A DNA stretch of 64,000 nucleotides from Phoronis australis (GCA_002633005.1 NMRA01000015.1:1783819-1847818); one strand, 5' to 3'. Counted from the first letter of the stretch, positions 29,501-60,569 are shown. A program made the numbers and translations. The notes: generated by a model from the sequence alone, not told the origin.

Positions 29501-32175
29501 AATGGAAGTTGAGCACAGAAACTGAAACGCATGTCCACTATAGATAATTACACCAGCCGTGTATCAAGACCACTTCAGCACTGACCTTATCCATGCGGTC
29601 TTTGAGTACACCAAACTTGCCGCCATAACCTTCCGATGCCTTAGGCCCAGCTTCAAACTCCTGCTGTTTGACCTTTTGATGGTCTTGCTCCACATTTTTC
29701 CTCAGCTGATCTAAGCTGAAATACCATTGCACATATTTAACCTATTTCAACATATCAAAAACATCTTAGCGATGACAGGGGATAACTCGAAAGTGACAAA
29801 GCAGTCAGTTTGAAAGCTGGCCTGCTGATTACCTGGAAAATGATAGAAGTTGATTGATACTTGTTGATCAACAGGTGGCAGTTTAGTGGTGATGTGTGGC
29901 ATGTTTTATTTGAATTATTTAATAGGGCATCACCCATTTCGCCGATGTTTCAATAAGCAGTTTTCTGTTCTCAAAATTACGTAAAAATTGAAACAAAGTA
30001 CCACCTCTATTCTCATTTCATTGTGTCTTGAGCAGACTGCAGAAATTCAATAATTTAACAAAATACAAAAATAAGAAGCCAATACATTTGTTTGTCTTCA
30101 TATTGTAAAAGTTTAGTAGAAATCTGTAATTTATTTTTCAGTTTTTACCGGGAATAGCCTGACAGAACGAACAGGCGATACATGCATTCAATGCAATGAA
30201 AGTGAATCCAATTAGACAGATATCACCAAATGCACTACACAGTATTGGCAATAGTCGAATATAACGTTCCCACATTTTGAGAACCAGTTTGAAGCCTGTG
30301 GAAAAAAATGGTTGTATCTGACTATTACTCACAATATTTATTACAAATAAATCAACACTGTTTAAGTAACTGAATTTTATCTGTAATAAACAAATGAAAA
30401 TAAATCAAAATTTTCAGGTTTCATGGTTTCTCCTGAAGCACCACCAATTCAATCTTAGAATAATATATCAAGTCTTCACTGAGCGCAGGATTCCATTAAA
30501 AAAAGACTCCTAAAACTCTGTAACAGTATAGAGAAGACATATGGGGAAGCAGACAACAGGATGATCATGGCTATACAATGAAACGGGGAAGTTCCAAAAC
30601 CCACTAGAAGCCCCAAATTGCTTTTTGATTTACTAAACAATGATATCAGATTTACAAATGTTGCCAATTATTCGACTGTGAACAAATCAATTTTCCATTC
30701 TATTCACTACTTGAAACTCAATTTTTAAGTATTATTACAGCTTATATCCATAGAGTGAAGTACATTACTAATAAGTATTCAATTTTATGAATTGGTGGAA
30801 AACTTTGAAACTGTTGATCACAAAGAATTAATTATATACACATACAATGAAATAAGCATTCTGGCATTTAGTCAGTATGATTAGCCAACTGACTACATTC
30901 AATAAAAATAAATAGATAATTTATTGAAAACATTAATGGCCGTTAGTAGAAGATTAAAAATTTGTTGTAGATCCATGATGGAACTTACTTAAGAGACCCC
31001 TGGTGGCCGGACCCCTCAACTGTTTTGGCACCCCACCTCTGCTCCTGTTCACTTACATCATTCTGAAAAGTACAAAATGCATACAATATAACATTAAATA
31101 TGAGAACAGATAATTATGTCGAGTGCCTCACGACATCATTAAGCCACAAGGTATGCGCCTCAATTTCACATCATAAAAGTTGAAAATCATTTAAAGTGGC
31201 AATAAGCCTGCCTTCTATCACAAAAAACAACTTTTGATTTAGACCACCAAGTGCTGTGAAATTAGTCTCAAATAGTTTGTTAGTGAAAGTGGAGGTGAAT
31301 TCAGTGCTTCAAAAGAACTACCACTTTGTTCGAGATCAAAGGCTCAGCAAGCATGTCATCTGAGACCAAAGGCTCAGCAAGCATGTCATCTGAGACCAAA
31401 AGCTCAACAAGCATGTCTTCTGAGACCAAAGGCTCAACAAGCATGTCATCTGAGACCAAAGGCTCAACAAGCATGTCATCTTGGGTGCTAAGCATGGTGT
31501 TACACAATGACAACTGCCAGTTCTTTGCAGATTGAGAAATCATCACAGTAAGGAGCAAGAAGAGACAAATTTTATAGCGGCACCTAGTGGTCTAAATCAA
31601 AAGTTAGCTTAGGGAGGAACGTGGGTTTGTGCTTGAAGTTTAAAAATTACCACAGGCAGAAAGAAATCATTCAGAATTCATGAAAAAGTGGTTGACATCA
31701 GTCCTTATGTATCCACTTTGTACATACATAGACACAAAAACCTGAGTTGCCACCAGGAGGCACTGCAGCAATCAGATCCATCAGATAACCCACATGCGTT
31801 GTGCTCTATTGATAGATTGTATTTGCCCAATTTCACGATACCTTCTTGGGGTTTAGAAGATACAGAGATGGATGTCCAGAAGAGATGAGAGCAACATGCA
31901 CCCAAACATGTACTTATATGCAAGCACATAAAACAATATTCAACTGACCCAAAGTAGACTTACGTCAATAACTGGGTGACATCCTAAATTCCGCCAAACA
32001 AACAAATACTGCTTGTATTCATCGTGGTGTAGAGCAACACTTTGAGACTAAAGTCTGAATGTTTCAAGAGTAGTGTTGACATCATACTACATACCACAAA
32101 GTCTGGGTCAGTTTCCCAGTCGTCGTCGTCACCAGATGTCACTGTGGCCTTCACATCCACACCAGCACGCCACAT
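11558..32175 (-). CDS. CTTN: Cortactin (Src substrate): NTA with DDW, up to 8.5 cortactin/HS1 repeats, coiled coil, SH3; about 655 aa with all exons
   Basis: complement join 32095..32175, 30989..31062, 29586..29715, 27921..28031, 25145..25199, 24040..24150, 23113..23223, 21514..21624, 19791..19901, 19523..19633, 16656..16766 (or 18672..18782), 16367..16489 (or 18352..18474), 15855..16003, 14908..15201, 14121..14271, 13009..13064, 11558..11635 = 1968 nt. [32 protein letters not shown]-terminus, [17 protein letters not shown] repeats, and SH3 [17 protein letters not shown]...IDEGWWRG...[10 protein letters not shown]. Confidence 0.95.
13615..14089. mobile_element. TTAA-flanked non-autonomous DNA transposon (Kolobok-like termini)
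   Basis: TTAA at 13611-13614 and 14090-14093. Ends ggtcatgtggg / cccacaacc. Homologous to 20573-21341. Confidence 0.6.
14475..14810. repeat. Intronic (GTT)n / CAA-rich low-complexity region
   Basis: Runs of gttgtt and gctgct. The Cys- and Val-rich ORFs are by-products. Confidence 0.85.
15700..15810 (+). mobile_element. tRNA-derived SINE fragment
   Basis: B-box GGTTCGAGTCC at 15728-15738, then gagtcaggtttctagctcctca shared with copies at about 20876-21062 (-) and 48745-48912 (+). Confidence 0.6.
15901..19609. other. Apparent tandem duplication 15901-17592 / 17594-19609 split by a single N (probable uncollapsed haplotypes)
   Basis: Near-identical copies. Both break mid-exon exactly at the N (17593), the only N I found in the window. 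Confidence 0.85.
19115..19790 (-). repeat. Degenerate 49-bp minisatellite derived from a cortactin exon 3' end plus donor (second haplotype copy at about 17100-17510)
   Basis: Plus-strand unit ctcataactca(c/t)ctttctgagaggagtgttgagc... recurs about every 49 bp. The span also contains the 19523-19633 exon. Confidence 0.75.
20573..21341. mobile_element. Second copy of the Kolobok-like TTAA element, interrupted by a SINE
   Basis: ttaa|ggttacgtaag ... cctacataacc|taaa. Both ends align with 13615-14089. Confidence 0.55.
20876..21062 (-). mobile_element. tRNA-derived SINE
   Basis: Minus-strand B-box GGTTCAAGTCC (21041-21051). Body aligns with 48745-48912. Confidence 0.6.
22032..22134. mobile_element. 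About 110-bp palindromic MITE, family copy 1 (others at 24993-25104 and 57883-57990)
   Basis: Ends gcaataatcact / agtgactgttacc, with internal ttttgagaac...gtttttcaaaa arms. Confidence 0.55.
23113..23223 (-). CDS. CTTN: Divergent cortactin-repeat exon (probable alternative cassette)
   Basis: cttttag| [37 protein letters not shown] |gtctct. 111 nt, phase 1-1, no stops. Confidence 0.8.
24993..25104. mobile_element. About 110-bp palindromic MITE, family copy 2
   Basis: TIR gggtaatagtcac / gtgactactgccc. Aligns end to end with 57883-57990. Confidence 0.7.
25577..27073 (-). mobile_element. Helentron-associated non-autonomous element (HINE / DINE-1 / pearl-like) with about 445-bp internal tandem repeats
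   Basis: subTIR aatgcgcccaca 25601-25612 with subTIR plus inverted repeat aatgcgtccaca...tgtgggcgca 27041-27070. (GGAC/AGAC)n microsatellite at about 26988-27030. Terminal hairpin caacgcagaacgttg next to the AACAAGAG end. aaattgccac recurs at 25971, 26412 and 26859. Confidence 0.8.
28020..28880. repeat. Degenerate tandem repeat (about 70-90-bp units) starting at a cortactin exon acceptor
   Basis: Unit acccacaaatgactataaggggtgtaagcagacctt...cttattgttgatcaggaatcaataataagacataaagctt is clear at 28580-28880 and decays toward 28020. Confidence 0.65.
31229..31605. mobile_element. MITE with about 42-bp inverted arms enclosing a 30-bp tandem array (x5, about 31331-31481)
   Basis: aacttttgatttagaccaccaagtgc...aattagtctc versus gagacaaatt...gcacctagtggtctaaatcaaaagtt. 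Inner unit gagaccaaaggctcaacaagcatgtcatct. Confidence 0.75.
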
Positions 32176-34888
32176 GTTTTCTTCTTACCTAGAGAAACAT
32201 CACACAAATGGGTTCCTCTTTATTTTTCACAAAATCATTGATAACTTCCAAGATGATGATATCATTATTCATACAGGTGAATTACTTTATTTGCTAAGAA
32301 TATCACAACTGCAGGTATTCGAAAACTTCAATATACACTAGGAACGTACAACATTTCGCAGTTTCTCACATTTCCTAAAACAGTAAAGCACGACAGCGGG
32401 AAAGTAGTAGTTGCGTAACTTGTTTATCTCAAAGGATTAGCTTGGTTTGGGACAACCATGCTTACCTGTCAATCATCCGTTAACTGCAGATAAAGTAACA
32501 AAGAGAATATGGAGAGCTTCAAGAAAAGGCTTCAAAACAATACTTAAAGTTTTTACAAAAAATCAATCCTTTTAAACAAAGATAAAACCATACACTCTGT
32601 TTGAAGAAAACTCAAAATTGTCAAATTTGTGAAAACTAACCGATCTATTGACCAAAACACAATTGAGGGCTCACCAAATCCAACCTGGCAATTTTGAATA
32701 AAAGGATAAGACGTCAAAACCAGGAAACATTCCATGCGAAGTATGAAAGCCCTGACCTACATGAATGGCACATAGATGGAAGCAGCAGAAAACGGAAAAC
32801 TCTGGATCCTAAATTAAAAGAATCCATGAACTGGGCAAAGGTCTGTCTTTTTCATTTATTTTTTACTGGAATGTAAAACATTGCGAGCCCAGGTATGACT
32901 AATAATATTTTGAGTGAGTGATTCGATATGACCTACAAGTCACCAAATCGAGCCCTGCAATCTAAAGCACAACATTTTACTTGCTTCCCACTTCTACAGA
33001 AAAACAGACATGTGCAGAGTACCACTTGCCCAAAGTTTTGGAATGGTAAAGTGACATTTTTGGGAAATGGTCAGCGACACTTTGCCAAAGAAAAATTTGC
33101 AAAATATACTTTGAAAAACATAATGATTGATGTCTGAAGAATTTAGCTATGTGTTTGTTCTAATTAAAAACTATGAGGAAATAAGAACAGGCACTGCCTG
33201 GTCTGCCTCCCATTCAGTAACGCTAGGACATCGCTAAAAAGCAAGACTTCGCGAGATTACAGTAGACAGTGCCGTGTATTTTAAATGAAAACACATGACT
33301 TTCACTAGATTTTAGTGAGGTCCTAGCGTAGGTCCTAGTGTCACTGAACAAACGCCTGGTCGAAGTGAAAGTGGTCGGTGATTTGGACCAGTTTCATCAA
33401 CTGAGTTCAAGAGTCACAGGCACCTTTAATCATACGCTCATCTACAGTTTAACAATGAGCTGCAAATGAAAGTGCCTTGTGCCTGTGGTGTAACTGTTGA
33501 CAAGACTCAAGTCAAGATAAGACAAGATCAAGAGTAGAGACCGTCAGTAGAGTCTGTATAGTAGACAACTGGTTTAGAGCACAGGCATCCTCAGCTTCTG
33601 ATCATCCCCAATACACTATATAATACTACAAGGTATGACACTCCAGACTAGAAATTCCACAGGTGCTTCTCTTCAGCCGTCGATAACAAACATAATTGTC
33701 GAGTTATCAATGCCGTGACTTTGCTGTTCATCCGTAACTCATCGGATAATTCCGTACTCTGCGCGTGAGACCAGGGAGTTGCTCCCGATGAGCTTTTTGA
33801 GAAGATTTTTGTGCTTTGACCGCAAATTTCAATTCCTCATGGTTTGTTGAACCTCTGCTTTGTGTAGATTTATTGAGTTTTGTTTTTGCTATGGATGGCT
33901 GAAGTGAAGCACCCGTGAAATTTCTAGTCCCGAGTGTCATACCTTGTAGTATTGTATATAGTGTATCGGGGTCGATCAAAAGCTGAGGACGCCTGTGGTT
34001 TAGAATTTGAGAAGCAAAAACGACCAACACCAACGGGCCCGTCGTCAGTTATCAGTCGCTGCCTGGTTCTCAAAATCAGAGAGCCGTATATTAGACTTGC
34101 GTTATCAAAGCATTCATATTTCATTGTTATTCAAATTAAACTTACGATTTGAGGTTCCAATTTATCTATCAACAGAGTAATTTCCACACCCCCGATTGGA
34201 CTTCCTGCTTTCAACTTTCAACGGAAATCACGTGGTACACAGCCGCTCGAGTTTCCGTAAAGGTGTGAGGACATTGTGCAGTCACCAGGTGGCGAGACCG
34301 TCTTGCCACGAGTCGGCTCACCTTGCACAGAGACCGTAGCGTCTTTGCCTTGCACTAAAAACTGACCTAGAGGAAATCGACATTTCGTGAGCAGGGACGT
34401 ATTGAGCGTCGCGCCCCGCGTCATAGCCCAAAAATCATTGACGCACTATGTTTTCTCACCCCTTGCATGGAACACTAGCTAGAGTTCTATGCTTAGTCGG
34501 GTCAACTGGCCTTAGTGTTAAACTGTAGCAGCGGCAATCACGCCTTACTGTTTTTGCCGCTGCAAAAACTTACGTACCAATAGCAAAACATGCGACCTAA
34601 ACAAATAAGAATAACATCAAACCCTGTGAGAGTAAGTGATAGGGGGTTTAGCGAAAATTTCAATTTTAAAAAATTTAAACCGTGAATGAGGCCAGTTTTC
34701 GGATAGACCAGTCTCTTGCCACAAATCGAAGGAAACTTATACTAGGCGCGCGTGAAAAAATTCGGATAAAAAACGACAGTAAAAACTGACGTAAGTATAA
34801 TTAAGTTTGCGTACATTTAGATAAACGACTGTAAGTCTTTTCTACAAATTGTGTTAAAATCAAGCAATAGTTTTACGAAATACATTAC

Positions 34889-34960
34889 CGTCCGCCGGCA
34901 TCTTGTCCAACTTGAACACTACCGCCAACTAGTGGGAAGTCCCCACTAGTATTTCTGAAA
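34889..34960 (-). promoter_or_regulatory. Candidate first exon / promoter of cortactin
   Basis: CpG-enriched region. Minus strand AAGATGCCGGCGGACG|GTAATG donor at 34889/34888. Hairpin actagtgggaagtccccactagt nearby. Confidence 0.4.
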
Positions 34961-35246
34961 TTTATGTATAACAGACATTGCCATAAAGTTTGTCATAGGT
35001 ATCAGTTTTCCATTAAAACACGAGGTATTATACTGCATTAGACTCTGATAAATCCCAGGTTTCAAAATATGTGGGAATTAGGCTATTAAGGCTCTCTCAA
35101 ACATTCGCAGGCATTGCTTGTTGGCCAGGTGATGAACAGAAGGCAGCAGACCACGACAAATGGGGGCGTGAGTTCGATTCCAGTCTGGATAAAAAATTGT
35201 AACTGAAATTCCACAACAAATTATCTTGGCCGTCTTGCCGAGTGCA

Positions 35247-35407
35247 ACTGTCGGATTTAGAGGGGGTCAATCAATGGAGCCATGGCCCCCTAAAATTCTC
35301 CGAGATTCCATTTGGCAGTTCGGGGGTGCGAATATCTGACAGACAAAATCGTGGCTAACACTCGGTCCTGCCCCCCCCTCCCAACTCAAAATCCTGGATC
35401 CGTCAGT
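35247..35407. mobile_element. Short MITE
   Basis: Ends actgtcggatttag / cctggatccgtcagt with internal G and C runs. Confidence 0.4.
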
Positions 35408-38400
35408 ATGTTTTTGAACGGACAGCAAGTAAACGACCCATCGGGGGATTAATCAATCAACGAAGGTACCGGGGCCAGGGTACCATTGAAAGCTTTCGCA
35501 TAAATATTCTCTTCTTAAAGTTGATTAAAAATACTAATGCCGTTGGTGCATGTCAGTGTGGCTTTGTACCTCTCGTAATAAGCTGAGGACAATGGAAAAA
35601 CCTGCCCATTCAAAATGTTCAACGAACATTTTAAATGACTTAGTGCCTCGTGATTTAATTGCCGTAGAAACAAGAATACCAATGGTTAGGTTATATAAGG
35701 AAGGAAGTGAAGGAAGCAAGTAGCTCTGTATAGACCACAAGAAGGAATAAAACACAAGGAAAAGCAAAGCTAAAGAATGCGAACATAGCAAGAAAATCCG
35801 AGAATGATCATATGAACGGCAGACACAAATTGATGACCCATAGGTCTTCAAAGTTGACACAAAGACACACTTTTCTAAATTGAACCCTGCGTCAGTGCGC
35901 TAAAATAATTCGGTGATGAACCTCTCTCATCAAAGACAAAAATGATAGCTTGCCATTGGGTTTGATGCCTGATATTGCACTAGATAAAGTCATGCTTTTT
36001 TCGTTTGAAAAAAACGCATAATGGAGATAACTGGCCGTGCTTGGTCAAGCCGCCTCACTGACAAGACTACTACTACACTCCTTGACGGTATCGTCATCTG
36101 ATCAATGAAAGTATAGTGTTGTTGATCTGGTGCCTGCAATATTGTTTCACGCTTCGACGTAGGCCTAGCCACAAAGAAGAGACAAAGCTGCCAGGGCTTG
36201 ATGACAGTCGTCGCTTTGCTTGTGCACTCAGAGCAATCAGTGATGAGCCCCGGGTAATGAACAACATTACATTGAAAATCATCGTAATGACACAAAGACT
36301 AAATAAATACAGCGCCGTCACTGCGGAGCATCGTTCAAATAGATGGTATATCGCCCCCTCCCGACCTACTTAGCGGACATTTGGCGGCATATCAACTACA
36401 CCGTAAGGTATTTTTCTTTAAAATTAGTTGTCATTGATAAATCGGTTGCATCGACGATGCATCAAATCGGGATTTAACGAAATTTCCATTCAGCGTAATC
36501 TTTTTATGGGTTCTTAAAATTCTACAAAATGCTTCATTACTGAATGAAACGTGATACTATTATAATTTCGTTTAGTGTTTTACCGCAATAAATGTCAACA
36601 TAATACGAACCCTACCCCTCTGCATACATGATTCGGTTGCAAAATTGGACCCTTTTAAAAGTTTCGTGGCAAAAAGTGAAGACTTTCGTCATAAATGTAA
36701 CTGGAAATGGCACCTTTTTTAATGTAATCTGGTAGTGAATGAAAACGTAATCCACATGAGCGGAACGTTCCGTATAGCAGACCCCGGTCGGCATTTCATT
36801 TTCATTAGTTGATTCTCAAGAGGACCGTCTAAAAACATCGGTGAGGGTACTCACTCTGTTCGTTTCAGTTTACACGTGTAACACGTGTACGCTACCGGTG
36901 ATTTCGAGACGATTTCCTTTCAGTATTCAGAAGTACTTTGCTCATCCATGACAAACGCACAAAACACTTACAGTCAGCTTCTAAAATACATCAATGTTTT
37001 TTGTGTGAGACATCCATTAAAAATCTGTTCATAACTTTTCACGCATTGTGTTGTAAAAAATAAGTGAGCAAATAGTTCCGTGCCACATACCATTGCCTCA
37101 AACACTACCACGTGACCATGAGGCAACCGCCCGCTTGCGGCCCGGTAGTGCCGAGCTTCGCTGCTCATTACGTCATGTATGACGTTTGTGATGTTCGGTA
37201 TGATCCTTTTCTAGATTATGTTTGGCAACCGCTCTGTGAAATGTTTACAAAAACATGTTGGATGGAATTTTAACGTCGATCCCTTTTCTAATGAAATGCA
37301 GGTGAAGCCTAGAAGCCGTCGCTACTGGGCTGGATTAAAAACATTTCAAAGCGGTTATAAACCCGTGAAAGAAGTGAACTTTTGAGTTAGATCCCTTGCC
37401 CCTATAGAATTAGCCTCAACAGTTTAGTCCTATTTCAGAAGTGATACCTAGACTCGTAAAGAACTGACAGTTCGTTTATTCCTTGGCAACAGTGTTCGTC
37501 CCTTGATCAGGTGTCAAAGCCATTGTAGAAACTTCAATCAACGACGAACGACCAGTTCTTCGTAGTCCTGAAATCACGCTTCAAATTTGACTATTAAGTT
37601 GAAATAAATTTAAAACGGCCGTCTATTGGAGAGCTATAAGAGATCTCTGCCTCAACTATATGAACGGCAACTAAGCTGACACTACAGTGAGTTGTTGGTA
37701 TTTCACGTCAACCGAACTTAAAATTTATGTCGGAACAAATTATCCCCCTCTTTAGCCAAATTTTCTAATCTCATGCAAATGCAACCACTACATTAATAAG
37801 TTCCTTTTATAGCATGTTTTAAAGCCGACAGCTCGACGTTGGACTGTGATACACTGAAGTTTCCAAAAGACCACCCCCGTTTCAAAACTGCCCTGTTTAA
37901 GTAGCTGGCCAACGAAAATCGAAGTAGGTCTTTTACTGTCATTAAATCGACTTTATAATATTCCTTATCGTGATAAGATTCGAAACTGTAGTACAGTTCC
38001 ATTATCAACGAGGACATCGGAACGATCCAGTCAACAACGGCCAAGAAAACGCCTCATAGTTCAGTTATTGTGGTTGGCTGCCCCGCTAAAATTGCGAGTT
38101 CGAAAATGGCGCCATGCAGGCTTTGCCTGTGACTCGAGGTTGAAACAGAAATAGGATCCTACCATGATAAGGAAAATTACGAGACTGAATTTTCGAGAGT
38201 AAAAGACTTTCGTAAAGTCATGTGAACACGGCGAAACTGCAGCTTTAACCGTAAAAACGCTGTCAAGCAATTGAAAACTCAGTGGTGCTAAAAAATTTTT
38301 GAACTTGGAAATACAAAACATTAAAAATTTACAGAAAACATCGTGTGCGTTAACTTCCAAAGTCATTTAGCTCCAAATTTTATTTTCAATTTCTACTGTC

Positions 38401-39899
38401 ATTGAAATGATTTTGAAATGATGTCTTATCTACTTGCTAGAGATCAGTCAGCGCTGGACACGCTTCATTGTATGCAGCACATATTAATCCATATTGGGAT
38501 AAACGAGATAAAAAAATTTCCAGAAACATCTGATAAGATTTCACCTGGCCGACCCAGAAGGAAACAATTAGCAAGACGAACTATAGGCAACGCGATAACC
38601 GCGATACGGTTCCTGGAATACCTGTTCTGATCAAAATCTCTCATTTAGTGCAGTAGTACTTCCTCCCAGAAATAGTTTCAAATAAATTCAAGAGTTCGAA
38701 GAAAGGAAGACATAAGTGCCAGTTTCTAGGCTGAGTTCGCATCCCCGGGTCTCCGAAGGGAGGGATGCTTTCATGTCAGGTCAATGAGTAGCAGCTCCGT
38801 AGATCGGAGAGGGTCTTTGTGAGTAGTTGAAAGTCATTAGGTAACCACTCCTATAATTTGGCGCCGTAGTGGACTCGAAAAATGACACACTTTCATTGAA
38901 AAGCCACCCTTCAATACATCGTTCCATAGCCTTTATCAGTGGAGCGAACTGACACCCGACTTTTTGTTCAAAAGCAAATCTACTAAGCTAGACTGAACGT
39001 CGAGTACAAGAGATGCCTTGTTGTTCAAAAATGAGTTCACCTTTTGCAACTAATGCTTTTCAAAACATATGCTTAAAATCCACGCATAGCAAAGTTCAGT
39101 ATGGGTTGGAAAAGGAATCAATTTGTAGAGTTTCCTATTGGCAAAATGCCGGGCCGACCCGTGGTGCTGAGGGATGGAAAAGCTCTGTTTCCGCTGTAGG
39201 GGATTTTGTCAGAAGAGGCACCTTTTCCGTAGGAAAACTGGTGATGAAAAGGTCACCCAGTATGTGTGTCACGTCAAAAACCTTCTTCGTAAGAGTACCC
39301 CCAGATCTCTGATCTGGGTTCGCATCATAATATCTCCTCTCCTCACCTTCAGTCCACGTGGATTTTATTTACTCGGCTATTATTTATCTAGTCACATGAC
39401 CAGGAATGGAATGTCAACAATGTCCCGAATGGGCGTAGCAAATCTGCCCAAATCTGTCAATCAATAAAGTGGCCTTTCATCCGCAAACAATTGGTCTTCA
39501 CCGTTCGGGTTCATAATTGAAAACTTTGGCGATATCTTTTAATCATATCACCTTTAGCCGGACTTTGTTAAGAGCAAGCTGTCAATTCAAGCCTGTGTTG
39601 TTCGTAACCACAGTTACTATTTTCTAATAAGGTATTTGGACGAACCAATGAAAAGAATTCCGTTGATCAAACATTCGATTCTCCTAACTCAATATATTTT
39701 CGGAAGCTTCCTTTTGGGATTCGGAGGGTCTATATTATAAATGTGAATATTTCTGTACCAAATGTAAGTATTTTACTTTTCACTACCCAGAATTTGTACC
39801 GGGATGTGAGCCATTAAGATATTTGTTATTTCTCATGTTAAACATGTCTGATTATCATTGAAAACGGCTGAATTCCAATTGTATTGCGCAGACTATGTT

Positions 39900-40313
39900 C
39901 CCCTTACAAAACAACATGGCGGCCACTATGCCGAGAAATATCTCATTATCTGATTCGCATCACTGTGTCGTACACATTGTTTCACATGTAATAATGGTTG
40001 CAGAAGTTTGTTGTAATGATTTTGGACCTAACGCCCGTTTGATAATTGACAAAACAAAGCTATGACGACCTGAAGGAAAACGGAATGCATACATCGAATT
40101 CACCACAATGACCTCAGAAAACCGACACACAACTTCAACTGGTTCAAGTGTGTGAAATATGTCAGCAGTCGAATCCGTTGATTGTAGAAGAGTGGAGAGA
40201 AACTCTTTGTCTTCTATGACTGAGAACTCGTAGTTCTAGCGCTAACCTCGCATACTGTTATAGAAGGGCTAACCACCCCTCTTTGCTTCTGCTACTAGTT
40301 TTTCTAACAGTAG
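39900..40313 (+). promoter_or_regulatory. Probable promoter and non-coding first exon of LATS
   Basis: AACATGGCGGCC YY1-type motif at about 39913. Donor TAG|GTGAGT at 40313/40314. Acceptor gttttcag| at 41648/41649, upstream of the ATG. Confidence 0.55.
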
Positions 40314-41845
40314 GTGAGTAGGAGCTGTCCTGACATAACATCAATTATTGGCATTTCTCTAATGCCAGTCAGTTCCAGTACCCTTGTCATGTGTTAGAAA
40401 CATGTTGTTTACTCCTGTATTCGGTTATTCATGTATATTTTTACACCAAAGCTCTAACACAAGCAGCCAGTTATTAAATCTGATGCTATTAAGTAGCCAG
40501 TTAGTAGCTATTCCAACTTTAACTGAATTCATGAATTAGGACAACCTAATAGTTTTAAGTATTAGATCGTCATTTAAAAGTTCTTCATTAGTTATCATGA
40601 TATTTCTTTATTAGATTGGCTTTAGCTCAAGTTGAAATTACCTAATCAGAACATAGATTTGTTGGGCACAGGTCTTCAAATTTCCAGAAGTACTGTTAGA
40701 GACTTAGGCAATGCTAAGTTAGGCCAACCCAAATTCACAAACTCAAACAAATCAAAGTAGCGGGGGCTGGTGACCCAATTTGTTGAAGCAATTAGTAAAA
40801 TATGGTCCATGTTCTGATCAAATTAGAGCCCCTGACGCACAGTATTGAAGCACCAATACAAAGTGTTCAATCCCAAAACATGAACCCAAACCATGGCTTT
40901 CAAAGATGGCACAGCAGGAGGTTTTAAAAGACCTGATGTACATTCAATGGTGGTACTAGCGTTTTGTGCATTTTGTCATCATTAAATACATTGACAGCAT
41001 AACTTACGAAAGCCGTGTTGGTGTAAATTCAGTGCATTATAGGATGTTGATGTTTGAAAAAGTTCAGTATTGGAATGACTACACAAAAACTCAACTTTTG
41101 CCTTGTGCGAGCTGACAGTTTTAAAATGCTCTGTCTTGCTTGCCTAGGTTTTGCGAACAGTTCAAGTAATGACTTGACTCTGTGGTTGCTATGTTTCATG
41201 TAACGTGAGCTGATGTCATCCTTTTGGAGGGTATAGGTAGTATTTGTAGTTACTACAGGTTCAGGTATAAATTGATCCTGTAGGAGAGCGCAGGTGTCTG
41301 GTTGGCTGACACTGTGAATGTCCAAAACTTCCTAAGTTCAAGTACCCACCTGATACAAGTTTAATTGATTTTCAAACTGGTTTGACTCGGGAGCACTTTT
41401 GTGGAAACTTGTTGCATAAGTTACAGCGCGTTGTCATGCTTGATCTGTTTTTATGTATTTTTGTCCTGGATCAAATTAATGTCATATACTGATGAAACTA
41501 AAGTTTTACAACTTGATAACGTAGTGAAATGATACCCTCAAGAATAGCTTGTTCTACATTACAGTTTACTACTTACGAACTTTATATGAACAGATGGCTT
41601 GACATTAAAGCGTTGTTGGATATTTAATGAACTGTATGTTGTTTTCAGATAAAGACCATGTGACTTCAGAAGTTAAGAAGAATTATAAAGATGTGAGCAG
41701 AAGTAGATGGATTCATGTTTCTGGTCTTTTCATGAGATTCAAGATGTCCTGACTAGATATACAGCAGATTGTGATGTAGATGGTACTTTCTGACGGACAC
41801 ACTGTTGACTCTTTCACTTAGAAGCCTGGCTGTCTGTCACAACTC

Positions 41846-60569
<18,724 letters not shown>

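Noticed and set aside
31301-31558. ORFs with 10-aa repeats ([10 protein letters not shown] / [10 protein letters not shown])
   Set aside because: Product of the 30-bp tandem array inside a MITE.
31964-31983. Possible 20-nt cortactin microexon (tag|GATGTCACCCAGTTATTGAC|gtaagt)
   Set aside because: Weak polypyrimidine tract, frame-shifting, and it would interrupt the conserved DFVNDVSE motif. No support beyond the dinucleotides.
35500-39500. Short ORFs between cortactin and LATS
   Set aside because: No recognisable domains or coherent splice structure. Consistent with intergenic sequence and decayed repeats.
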